Assembly: GCA_030704615.1 (NCBI GenBank)
Contig: CM060732.1
Span: forward strand, 52,266,001-52,330,000
Reading direction: 5' to 3'
Length of the DNA: 64,000 bases
Source: Takakia lepidozioides
Lineage: Eukaryota; Plantae; Bryophyta
The translations under genes and the position numbers were made by a program. Below the pieces are notes generated by a model, which worked only from the letters and a program-made list of their open reading frames with translations, searched no databases and was not told the origin of the DNA. Positions 51,700 through 64,000 of this stretch are shown here, piece by piece (positions within the stretch are counted from its first letter, which is position 1; each line of letters opens with the position of its first letter).

Positions 51700-54600
51700 G
51701 ACGATCAAGATGTGTGAAAGACGGCACGCTGCCACTCACAGCCGTGAGGGTGTAAAACTTATAAATTTGTGATGCGTTTTGTCAGCAGATCTGCAATTCA
51801 AAGAATGAATCTTCCATTAAATGCAACAGCAAGCACTGGAACTTCCTATAATCTGCCCAAGCACCATGATCAAATTAAACCGCAACACTCAAAAGTCACG
51901 GACATCCTTATCCCAGAGGAGTTGTCAGCAGATTGAAGGTACTGTAGGCCTCCGTGAAACCAGGAGTTTTGGGTATCAAAGTTCTGCACGAAAAAGATCT
52001 GAACAAGAATCCTAGGAATATGATACCCTGAACTGCCTAGGTGTTTTTGCAACATTGACCATAGAGATAACCTTTGACCTCAGAACATCCATGACAACTG
52101 ACCTTTGAATCATGTCACAAGCTAAAACCATCTACCACCATCTGAAATTTCAATGTTCGCCTGGCCCATCCCTATTCCAGCATCTAGCCAGTTTTTAGCC
52201 CATGCGGCAGAGGGTGGAAAAATAGATACAACTCATGTAATATAGTAAAATTGGAGGAGTATCAAATGCCACTACCTCCTCAACACGCAGTCGGCAATTT
52301 GTTTTGGGCCCCACTCGCCATTTTTTAACCAATGCTTCTAGGCTGTAGCACCTGCCGCTTTCCATGCAGGATGCTCCTGGCAGCCTGCCACCACACTGGG
52401 AAGTTCAAAGCCAACCAATTCAGGGAGTGGTCGCCAGGCCTGCTCCATATCGCGGTGGATATTTAGCTCCAGACCTTTGGGCAGATGACATTGGATTCCT
52501 TTGTTCAAGGTCTACAAGTTTTGTCCAGATAACAGTAAAGAACAGCTGCAACCCTTCTGTGGTAGAGCAGGAAGCTAGGGATGAGATCAACGATACTGCA
52601 AATAATTTCTTCTGCAGCAGCCAATGCAAGTCACAATTTCACCTTCAGTAAAGCAAGTTTGTTGTGGAATTCTTCAGCCACACCCCGATGGAGGTACTGT
52701 CACTTTGCCGAGACTTCAGCCCAGAGTTTACGGGTGCAGCTGTCTCAGATATTCCCTACTTGTCATATCACTAGACAGATTCTTCACATTTCATTGCAGT
52801 CAGAACGTTGAGAGACGCCCTCAGAGCACAAATTGTCACCCACTCTGGTAGCAATCAAGAGGGATTACAGGGAATCACTATTCATCATATATTTAGAACA
52901 ACTTATGGGCACATATGTAGTTGATTTGGCCCTCGGACAAGCCTGACTTGGTCTACATGCAATGCCATGGAGCAATTGCCTCTGATCTGTAGTTAGAGAA
53001 AGGGCTTCACTTCACACGTTCCAGCAATGTAGTATATGTCATTCTGTCTTTCTTTGATTACGTGGTACTTGTGTGATGGGTACAGTATTTTGCATATTCG
53101 AACTTTAAACTCATGCATTGATGTAACCTTCAGATATAAAAGCTCTCTACTATCTACTCTGCTACAGATATGGGAGGTGATTCACAGATCATAAGTTGAT
53201 CGTCTTGCTTGGCACGATCAATGTGAAAGTTCCATCAACGCATGGCACCATCGTGAGGGTTGTGCAAGCATCAAATTGATTGTGAGATTCAGAGGCTGCA
53301 TGCTATTTAATCTAAAGCCTTTTTCCGTCTTCTGTTTGGACCGCGCACTAAAGGAGCAGATGCAGGAGAGGAGACGTCTTTTGTGCAGTGTTTGTGGGCC
53401 CGTGATTATGAAGACTGCTCAGATTCGTGGTCCTCCTCATCTCTGGGCATTCCAGACGGGCAATCCTCTGAGCAATGATGTGCTAAATTCTTTTTTGCCG
53501 TCCGGGGGGCCCATGGTGCGCGGACGGGAAGGATCTGACCACACAAGAGGTAGGGCCACTTTAGACTACGGTCCAAGACCGAGACCAACTCAAAATGCAA
53601 TGATCCTTTGTTTGGTCACATTGGCTTTATAGCACTACGGACCAGGACCAAGAAAGTTAGGAGTGACATGGCCCCTAACTTAGTGGCATGGATTATGGCG
53701 GGAGATTCTTGGTCTCCCGACCAAGAAACTAAGGACCAATTCTCGGACCGGAGCAAGTATAAAAATCTATGTTTTTTTTCTTCAAACGATGGTGACCGTC
53801 TGTTAGAATCAATCTCAAATGTTTGACGGAAGATGATACACCTCATTTTTAGTTTCTCGGTCGCGGTCTTGGTCTTGGTTCCATGGCCTTTATAGACACC
53901 CACTTTGGTCCCTAGGATAGTAATATTTTAATATGCATCTACGGACAGGTTTTTGGTCTTGGCCCTTGTTTTTACGCCTTATGTTCGCGTGTTGACCAAA
54001 CCCGTGGTTGGACGTGAAGTGTGTTAGCACCTTTTTTTTTTCTTTTTTTCTTTTTTTATTAATTAAAGGGGGACAGGGGCCCTTTTAATCAAATTAAATG
54101 AAACAAAGGTTCACATTAAGGTTCTAAGTGTTAGCACTTAGAACCCCTTTTTGCCGCCCATCTTTTTGTTTTTTGTTTTTTTCATCTAGAACTAGTGTGG
54201 CCTATGATGCTGTTGACCACATATTATACCATCGTTTTACTAAGTATATGCCACATTGTAGGGCCCATCCCGGAAAGGGGGCACTATTAGACCAAGGTAT
54301 ATGCCACACTGTAGGGCCTCCCCTCCAAAAGGGGCAGTAGCTGCAAGGTGAAGTGGCTTTTAGTTAGCTATGGCCGGAGTCTTCTCTCTCTCTCCCATGC
54401 CACAGTGTAGGCCCAAAAGTTATGGAACCACCTCAATGCACACCTACTCATTGAGGGCTTTTCAGCTGTATTAAGCTCAGAAACAGGGTGGAGGCCTTGC
54501 TATTTTTCATGAATTTTTGGTGACAAAAAGACTGGAAATTCAATATCTCCCACACCATAGGTCGACAAATTAAACCACCTCGATGCGCCCCTACTAATTG

Positions 54601-57224
54601 AGGGCTTTCCAGTGGTATTAACCCTTAAGTTCCCAAGCGACCCGCATCTGGTCACTTTGAATTTGCAGTTGGACCTAATTTTTGCAGATCTAATCTGATG
54701 GGGCCCACTCCTGAAGCTTTAATGACAAGGGATTTGTCTCGAGTATGATGTAAAAAACAAAATTAAGAAAAAACAAAAAATATCTTAGATCTCTCATTTA
54801 CGTTTTGGGGCCTGAAAAGGGCTTGTTGACCGACCGCTGACGTGGCAGTAAACAAGCCCAAAACAGATTGCACTCCAAAGGCCATTTTTGGCAGAAAATT
54901 AGAAAAAACACTTCACCTTGTGGTGTGTTAGCATTACATACACACATCCACCATTGGCTTTTAAATTTTTTGTAGAAAAAAAATACTTCATTTGGAGGCA
55001 CATTTTCTGTTGTCAATTTTGAGATTTCAACCCCCATGTAATTGCATGCAAAGCAACCATAGGTGAAAAAATCAGTTGGACCTGCAATTTAGTGGGGTCA
55101 TAGCCACTCCACTATTGATTTGGAAATGGTGGGTCTTGGGGCAAGCAAAATTGGATAAAGCTAGGTTTTGATTTGGTCAAACCAATTTCTTTCTCACTTT
55201 TTCCTTGGGACCTCATATTTGAGGTCCGGGGCCAACGCTATAATCTCACAATTTCCATGGTGGACTTGGCTCATTTTTTGGTATGTCATGCATAAATGGG
55301 CTGGGCCATCTCTATAAGGCTGGAATCTCTGGATGATTTTTGGTAGGTTTCTAGGAGCAATTTACTGCAGCTGGGTACCCAAAATTGGTAAAAAATCAAA
55401 AAAAGGCTTAGGAACTCCCGAAACGACCTGAGCGGTACTATCCAGGGCCCACGTGAGCCTTACACTCCCAATTATTCAACAATGAGAAGCATATGGTGCT
55501 GGTATCACGTACCAAATTTTCAACCACCTACCAAGACTGGTAGGGTATCGTCCATAGTATTAGGAAGCAGATACCATGCCAAAACGGGTATATGCTAAGT
55601 AGTGGCCTGAGGCGATACCAGACCAGTCTAGTACTTCATTCTAGTATACATACCAATATTGATACCAGTTTCTTATCGGTATACCAGTCCAACACTGGTG
55701 TCCACCTTCCAAACAGAAGGCAGTAATCATTCGGGGTGAGATGACACCATAAATTACATTTGCTTCGGCAAGAGTCTTCTTCCAATCTAGGAGAAGCCCG
55801 AACCATCTTCCAAAAAAATGTTCATACACTAGAATTAGGATGGAATCATCCACATCTGTACTTTAATCCATTTATATCATCCATATGTGGAAAATTCATC
55901 CATAATTTATTTTTTATTTGGAGAAGTTTGGCAATTTCATCCATGAAAAACATGGAATTTATGACAGAATATTCCATTTTATTTTTTGAGGTCGAAATCT
56001 GACGAAAATTTGCCAATAAAGAAAACACTGGAGTGTCAAGAATTGCTAAGCCCTTGTTGTGCCTTCCCTTGGTGTGACCTCCTCTCTTTTCCTCCAAAAT
56101 AGTTTCATGATGTATCCTCTCCAGAGTAACACTCCCTCAGGTAATATCACTGTTATTGGACAACTTAAGGAAAAACAATGGTTGAATTTTTAAGTTTATA
56201 ATGGATGAAAGGAGATTCGACTATTCACAAAGAGGAGCCATGAGCCATACGTGGCAAGCCACTTGTTTGCATCCAATGGATGGGCTTTCTGCACGTGGTC
56301 GTGGATTCGAAGTAAGATATTATATATATGTGTCATCCATTATGGTCAATCCAGCTATAAAAGTGGGTAACAGCTAGGCCTAGGTCAACCAGTCCTTGCT
56401 GTCGGGATACCTTGGGAGACTTTTGAATCCGTGTCCACCTCCCAACAAAATGCAACAGCCCTTTCGGAAAAACCGAAAAAAAAAAATGTATCTGCTGCTG
56501 CATCCAAGTGGCGAAATGCTTTGGCGAAACAGGTGGCAGGGGTTTAGCCTGGGAACCAAGGCGCGGCACGTGTCGCAGAACGCAACACGTAAGGCTATAT
56601 CTGGCGCAGCAGCCCCGAAGTTTAGAGGAACACTTCTGCGTAGTTGCGTGTGTGAGAACAGAGTATGAGAGGAACACGAAGACGACAATTCTAACCTCCA
56701 CCAACGAATATCTTATCTTCCTTCGTTGTTGAAGGCATGGCTTGCAAGATGAGGACTAAATTGCCAACATCTTCACAGAGCCAGATCTGCAGCTCTCCTA
56801 GGAAGGCCTAGGTCGAACTGTAGATGCACATGCGGAATTCTTGCAGCTGTATCGAGTTGCTGTACAGCCGTAAATCTGTCAGAGAGAGGAAGTTGTAAGC
56901 CTGTTCTAAGAGTTGTGTTGTAGACAAAAGACAGCAGCCTTTGCTGAAGGACACAGTTGTAGGCCGGGCTCTAGGCAGAGTTCATCTAGATCAGAGGGTT
57001 GAAGCTGGTAACAAGCTGGTCACAACTCTATCCAGTGGCTTCTATAATGATAGCCCGAGTTTGGGCTCGTGGGGAGGGTCTTGCAACAGGTAATTCTCCA
57101 ATAATGCTTAGGGTATCTATATTACGTAGCCAGTTCCACCTTTCTGCATCTCTCACCTAGAGTTCCTTCATGACCTGTGAGTGATCTGTCAGCTCTAGGG
57201 GCCAGGGTACTCATTGACTTGTAT

Positions 57225-58636
57225 ATGAATGATAGCCCGAGTTTGGGCTCGTGGGGAGGGGCTTGGAATCTTAGAACAGGTAATTCTCCAATAAAGCCCA
57301 CCTGGGTATCTATACGTAGACTCAGTTCCACCTTTGTGCATCTCTCACCTAGTGCAGTGACCTGCGAGTCATCTGTCTTCCAGATGAGGTTTTTGGCTGA
57401 GCAGTTTTTTAACATGTATAGTGTCAAAAGTGTTGCAGGGAAAGTACTAGACGATGCACAACCGCAGGTTTAGCCGTGATGTTCGCAATATATGTCCTGG
57501 TTCAGCAGATTATCAGAAAACGTCAACGTGCAAAATTGAGGTCTGCTAATCAAATTGGAAATCTCAAAAGCATTAAAGAGATCTTCAACTCAGCTGTAGC
57601 TCTTGGTACGGGAGTTCCTTTGAATGTATTCTCTTTGAAAGAGCTGGAAAAGGCAACCAACAGCTTTGCCGATGACCTCAAACTTGGCAGCGGTGCGTTT
57701 GGGACAGTTTACCGAGGAACGTTTCGGGATGGAACTGTGGTGGCCATTAAAAGGAGCAACCATGATGAAAGCGTGCATTCTACACAACAGTTTTTGAATG
57801 AGATTAGTATTTTGTCGCAGGTCAATCATCGAAATTTGGTGCGGCTGCTAGGCTGCTGCCTGGAAACGGCAGTCCCAATACTGGTTTATGAGTACATTCC
57901 AAATGGAAACCTGTATGAGCACTTGCATGGAAAGCTGCCCCGTGGAGAGGTCCAGTTGGACTGGAGGAGAAGGTTGCAGATTGCAGTTGAGACAGCTGAG
58001 GCGCTGATGTATTTGCACTCTGCAGCCAAGCCACCAATCTATCACAGAGATGTGAAATCATCGAACATCTTGCTGGACGAAAATCTTACTGTTAGAGTGG
58101 CTGATTTTGGGCTTTCTCGTTTCATCCCGATGGAAGCTACCCATGTCTCGACTGGGGTGCAAGGAACGCCTGGCTACATAGACCCCGAGTACTTTCAGAC
58201 CTACCAACTGAACGATAAAAGTGACGTCTACAGCTTTGGTGTGGTTTTACTAGAAATCCTCACTTCTCAAAAACCACTCGATTTTTCACGGGAGTCTGAG
58301 GCTGTGAACCTTGCGACTTTCGCATCCATGATCATGCTGGAAAGGGGGTGTTTGGAGGAAATAGTGGATGGGTATCTTAAAACAGCTGCTTACTGGGACC
58401 CAGAAGCAGCGCAGAGTGTGGCACAGTTAGCTTTGATGTGCTTGGCGTTTCGACGACAGGACCGGCCATCCATGAAAGAGGTGGTCGAGGAGTTGCATCG
58501 GATCCGAGGACCGATCAGGACGCAAGGATTTCAGTTCATTGAAGGTGTTCACACCTGTCCGGAGGAGTTCATGCTGGAAATACTTGATGATGAAATGGAA
58601 AGTTGTGCAGTTTCGAATACAAGCAGCTCGAGTTAG
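57225..58636 (+). CDS. WAK-like (WAKL14/15-type) RD receptor kinase with minimal ectodomain
   Basis: Exon 57225-57279 joined to 57468-58636. Hydrophobic GLAVMFAIYVLV followed by RKRQR. Kinase motifs GSGAFG, VAIK, IYHRDVKSSN, DFG and GTPGYIDPEY. The first exon is inferred. Confidence 0.8.
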
Positions 58637-61600
58637 ATTGTGAAGATTGCGATCTCCAACAATTTGTGGACCCGTGCATAAATTTTGTACATCAATTGTA
58701 GGCCCTGTGCTCGGAGGCCTGCGTAAGGATTACTTATGCTCTTTACGCTGGTGCGATGCACATTGTGAAGGAGCACAACTTTGAGCATACGAATTGAATG
58801 GCCGAGGTAATGCAGATCAATTTTAACAATCCACTGCCATGGCAGCGGCATACTTTCTTCAACGAGGTCTGCCTGTATGAATGTCGGGCCATCTATGGAG
58901 TACGATTGAATACCGCCAGGTAGAGTATTGAATACCGCCACCGTTCTTACATTAGTATCTCAGACCAGATTTCAATCCACATAGAGTTGAATCAAGATTA
59001 TTCTCTCTAGAGACCCTTGCTTCTATTGATATTCCATCTAGATGTACATGTCTCTGCACATAAGATGCGGACTACTAGAAAAGCAGGCCAGACCTGCAGA
59101 ATTCAAGCTGCAGCAGGACTGCAGTTAGAGTCTTTGACGTTGAAGCTGCAGACAATTTGGCACCAATCTTGCAGGTGAAATTCACAAGGGGCTTTTTAGA
59201 CTTCCCCTATATGCAAAGAGGATATGATGGGCTTTTTCCGACCCCTGACAAAGCTGAAAAATACAACACTCTTGTTTGGAGGATCAGAGGGAAACTTGGA
59301 AACTTGCACACACAAGGATTGACCTCCCTGCACCTCGTGCACCAAATTTGCCATAGAATGTTAGACCTAAAAAATGTTCCACGACCGGGGTAGATGGCAA
59401 GGTGGTTGTACATTACCAAATTGAATCTCCAGTCCCCAATCCAAGTCCATGCAGTGGCTAGGGCGGGTCAATGCCAAGGAGAGCCCTCCAACCACGTAGA
59501 AAACAACACAACCAATTTCCGAGGAAGCATGGTGGTAAAAGGAACACATGCATGGTGCCAAAGGAACACAGACACCTGCCCTAGCCTTGCCTCCGTCTCA
59601 AACTCTGCACCATATCCAGTAGTGGTCTTTGACATCAAGCCCCATTGAATGTAAGATTTGAGTGGCACTTCAACTAGCTTGTTTATGGAGCAAGGCAGCA
59701 GTTTAGGCAGCAGGTTTTCACTCTATTTCACAAGAATTGTGTCTCAGCTGTTACATGACAAGGAAATATCTTAAATCATCATCCTCTCCCTGTGGCCTCT
59801 GGCGCCACAAAACCATGAAAAAATGAAGTGGCTGGAGTGCCTCCCCCTCTCCTGCTGGCAGGAAAAGGGATATGCCTTAAAAGAAGCTACACAGAGAGAT
59901 TCAAAATGACAGCACCATGTCCTCCGCACTGTTCTCTCCATGACTAGTATCCCAATTATGGCACAACGATGCAGCTAGCAAGAGCAGCAACAGATGAGCT
60001 GTATTTCTTTCGCAGCAAGACTAGCAGCACATTATGGGATTCCTGCACTACCCATGTGGCAAACATTTAGGTAGGGTAGGGCTGCCAATCTGCTCCATAA
60101 GAATCGTAGGCCCTAGACTCAATGACTTGAAATTTAGGCAACCAAGAATGAGAAGCCAGTAGATTTTGCAGTTGACAAACACATTCGCGTTTAATCGTCA
60201 GAGGACAGTGGTAACAGAAAGACACATGGCAACATTCCAAAGTCACCCTACAGAGAGAGGAAGTACTATTGCGGATTAGTGCCACAAGCCCTATCACCCC
60301 AATTTGAAATTGAATTCTTTGCAAGAAACCATAGTTTTTCCACTGCATCCTAAGCCACCTCAATTCCTCACGATCCCCACATTCACACCCTACACAAACA
60401 TGTGACCTAAAATCCTCCTCCCCAGACATCACACCTCCCTGCAATCACAACACATACATCATGTTAAAAAGGAAACACCATGCGGCAAGGTTGAGGGCTT
60501 AACATCCACATCGCATGGACATGCACCCATTTGAAAGGGGGAAGGGAGACCAAGGGCTTCAAAAGGGATGCAAGAGGGCCGGAGGAGGACAAAAGACAAA
60601 TTATAACTTCAGAAGCAGGAAGCCAAGCCGTGGATGTACTAGGATACATTGCAGGATTTACTGTTCCGCGATTACAGCATCAGCTGCATCGAAGGCTACT
60701 TGAGCCTTCATCTCCTATAGAGTGCATCTCCTGCAGGCTGTACATGACTCAATCCAAATGAAGTCAAACCAAAGATGTAATACCAATGAGTAATACACCA
60801 ATCAATTATGTTCAAATTTGGTTCATACAGCTTCTGCAGTGCATCGTAAAACATTGCAGCATTACATACCTGAAGCTATTCTTGGTCAATCACCAACTGC
60901 CAAATATTTCACATGTCAATTTGTTGCATAATGACAAGTGTCCTCCTTTCTGAATTCACAGCTGTTCCGCACCCCCGGTAACCCAAAAATGTGCGACCTG
61001 CACAAATACGGATTGAACACCCACTCACTGCAAATCCAACACACCACATAAACACCCTAACTAGTTGATACAAACCCTCTGGAGCTGTCTCCCAAGGAGA
61101 ATGACACTGGTATTTATTATGCCCAGAACTGCACCTGTTGTGTTTGCCAATTGTGAGCTTTTTATCTGTTGACAAGCTAGCCCATTCGCACTGAGTAGCT
61201 CCATAAGCTTTGGTACACTCCTGCACCAATCAGCTGTAGAAGGTATAGTCCCAATCTGCTATTACAGATCTGTTTTTCTACATTAAGTTCTTTTCTGTAT
61301 CCTTAGGTGGTGTTTTAATACAAAGCACCAGTATATTCGAAGACTTAATGTTCATATAGCTTGTTGCTATTGGGTTTGGTGATGGAGCCTTTTCCGAGGC
61401 TGATGATGTCTTTTATTGAAAGAAGCAATCTGACTCAGACCTCTTTTCTAGTCTTGACATGACTTGCCCTATCTCTCACTCACAGATTCCTATCTCTCCC
61501 ACTTATAGATTGTGGCTCTGTACTGCTCCAGAGATATCACAGCAATCTGTGTCACATATGATGGAACTAGAGGGTTAAAACTACCACTGAGTTGAGAATG

Positions 61601-62299
61601 TTCGCACAGTACTTGCAGCTGGATTTCCGGAGGCAGAGTGCACACCCTCACCCTGAGAGAAGACCGAAGGATCTCTCCAAACAAACAAAAGGATATCCCA
61701 CAAAAGCCCATGGCCACAGCTAGCCACGGAAACAAGAAACTTCCCTCTGGACCTCTCTCCCCTACGATGGAAAAGAAATAAATATGCCAGAAGCTTCAGA
61801 TAAACTAGGAGATAGTGGAGAGCTCGTAGAGGAGGATCGATTCAACATCGAACACTGACAGACTCACAAAATTACACAAAGAGTTTCGTGTCTATACCTG
61901 TCTTCGCGTTCCCTGGAGTCTTTTGAGGCGACAGATGCACCACCTGCAAGGATGTCGAGCCAGGCATTGCCAAGGTCAGTGCCCATTTCAGCTCCAAAGC
62001 CTGGCTATTCAATCTGCCGTATGTTATGAGGCCTCCCGCCAGTTGACCGCAAGTCAGGGCCTTGGGCACGCCTATGCTTATGCGCTCAAGAGAGCATTGC
62101 AGCACGCTGTAGACGGGGGTTGCTGACTGTTTTCATCCACAACGTGCACTGTACAAGGCTATTTCAAGCAGCAAACTTGTCAGCTTTTCTCCCCGACAAG
62201 ATTGCACTAGGCTGATAGTGAGAAGCCCAGCTCCAGCCGGCCTCTCAAATGAGCACTAGTTACGAGAATGTGATACGCAGCACGCGTGACAATCCCCAT

Positions 62300-62765
62300 T
62301 CCTGCCTTCGTGGTCTGCTCGGTTACGCTCTGATCTGCCGTGTCTTTAGAATAATCTGGGACTCGGCTCACTGTATTCTGCCCATTTTCCTTGGCTTCAT
62401 TTCCCTTCCTCGCCACAACGTCCGTAGCTTCTCCCGCTTTGCCATCAGCAGCTCCTGCCGCCTCAGCAGCCTTCCGCTTTGTAGCACCCAAAAACGATCC
62501 GGCATTATCTTTGGCTTTCCTGCCCTGATTTTAGACAGCACCAGCAGTTTCGGAAACCTTGTCCTCGACACCTCCCAAAAACTCGCCAGCTTTCTGCTTT
62601 ATTCCATTCCAGATTCCGCCAGCTCTATTCCCATATCCCTTGCTTCATTTCCTGTGGCATCGGCAGTACGAGACGCTTTATCTTGAACGGATCCAGCTAC
62701 ATCTTTCACTGCATCCTTGGCTTCATCAGCTTTGACTGCTGCTCCATCAGTAGTCCCTCCTGCTC
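62300..62765 (-). pseudogene. Group 3 LEA-like gene remnant
   Basis: A/K/E/D/T-rich helical repeats (KADEAKDAVKDVAGSVQDKASRTADATG, KAGEATDVVARKGNEAKE) split across frames with stops. Confidence 0.6.
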
Positions 62766-63585
62766 TAATATACTTACCCTTCCCAACTTTCTCCCTGTCC
62801 TCTAGGAAGCCTATTGACATTGGGTGGACTTGAAACGGGAGTACATTAATGTCTCTGTGACTAAATGCCGGCCTTGTGACCTCGTGTTCTTGTTTGTTTT
62901 GACCTGAAGCGCTTTGCTTCAGGTAAGGTAGTGCATTGGATTTAGTTGGAAAGCTTGGGGCCTTTCCCTCTTTAGAATATGCCTACACGGGCCATTCCCT
63001 GCAACTCCCTGGAGTGTGATCTCTGAATGGTAACAAGCGGACTCCTACCGCTTGGGGGCAGCCCCTCCGCCCAAATTGGGCAGTCGTATGCTCTGTCTAG
63101 CATACTCGGCACTTGGGCTCGGGTTGGGTCCTGTGCTTAAACTTATGGCCTGCGAAAACAATCAAAAATTTAGCTCCTATCAACATCAACACTCCTCAGG
63201 GTGATCCCTGGGAATTGGTTACTTATGCCAAATCTAGGGCTTCATGTGTAGTTTTTGGGGTGAATCCCAGGATGGACGATGTGTCCTTTAAAACTACATG
63301 CTCTAGCTTAGGCTTGGATTTCATGGCTAATGGTACCATCTCGAGACTTGATAACAGGGGTACGTTGAAGGTTGCAATGACCAAAAGTGCTTCTAATAGA
63401 GTCCCGCATCAATTCAATCTCAAAGAAGTTCGTCCCTTGACTGGCTGGAGAGCGGTCTTAGACATTGGTGATTCAATGGGGCACTCTAGGAAGACAACCA
63501 AGGGCAACAACTTCAACTTGAGAGTTTCTAATCCGTTTGATGCTCTGGATGAGGTTGAATCCAAACAGCCAGAAGGACAAGATGC

Positions 63586-63985
63586 CCCTAAGTGTACGAA
63601 ACCTGAACGTCCTGAATCTGAAGGATTTGGTACTCTGAATGGTTTACCAATCCTCAAGGTTTACACAAGACGAACAAATTCTATACACGGGGTAATTGTC
63701 CCCAAGCCGTCAGATGGACAATCTGTCCCTAAGTGTGCAGAGCCTGAACGTCGTGTAACTGAAGGATTTGGTACTCTAAATGGTTTACCAATCCTCAAAG
63801 TCTACACAAGACGAGCAAAATCTATACACGGGGTAATTGTCCCCAAGCAGTCTGACGGACAATCTGCCCCTATGTGTGCGGAGCCTGTGCGTCGTGTAAC
63901 TGAAAGATTTGGTACCCTGAATGGTTTACCAATTCTCAAAGTTTACACAAGACGAGCAAAATCTACACATGGGGTAACTGTCCCC
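63586..63985 (+). repeat. 141-bp (47-codon) tandem repeat x about 2.8 inside an ORF open from 63272 to the window end; probably TE-derived
   Basis: Units start at about 63586, 63727 and 63868 and encode PKC..PER...EGFGTLNGLPILKVYTRR..SIHGVIVPK. An upstream SNPFDAL motif is common in retroelement ORF1 regions. Confidence 0.75.
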
Positions 63986-64000
63986 CTTTGCAGAACGGTT

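Noticed and set aside
53550-56030. MITE/DNA-transposon termini
   Set aside because: Repeat-like ends are visible, but matching TIR pairs and TSDs could not be established by eye.
14004-58636. A single defence gene cluster (VQ, Hsp70 pair, WAK-like kinase)
   Set aside because: The genes are tens of kb apart with unrelated genes between them, so proximity alone is not evidence.
59150-61750. Short Cys-rich ORFs as genes
   Set aside because: No recognisable domain or consistent exon chain could be built; possibly TE debris.

Overview
Eukaryotic nuclear DNA from a land plant, most likely a non-seed plant such as a moss. This is inferred from the many PLS-DYW PPR genes, the HSPA12-type Hsp70s and the TE families. 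Intact genes: a VQ-motif (MKS1-like) protein, a six-exon ankyrin-repeat protein, two HSPA12-type atypical Hsp70 genes, one coiled-coil gene with a GIL1/IRKI-like C-terminus, two divergent PLS-E-DYW PPR editing factors and a WAK-like kinase with almost no ectodomain. They lie among PPR pseudogenes, a decayed Copia with a nested solo LTR, gypsy/LINE/SINE/Helitron debris and tandem repeats. Two candidate systems stand out. (1) A tandemly duplicated head-to-head module joins an atypical Hsp70 to a coiled-coil protein whose C-terminus follows the GrpE (Hsp70 nucleotide-exchange factor) beta-domain pattern. Both partners carry internal repeats, and the two Hsp70 copies differ most in the predicted peptide-binding groove. 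(2) Splicing small upstream exons that the ORF track misses gives both DYW-PPR proteins an N-terminal OSB-type 'PDF' ssDNA-binding motif, near-intact in one gene and eroded in the other, and their start codons are only about 142 bp apart. All gene models were spliced by eye and need transcript confirmation.
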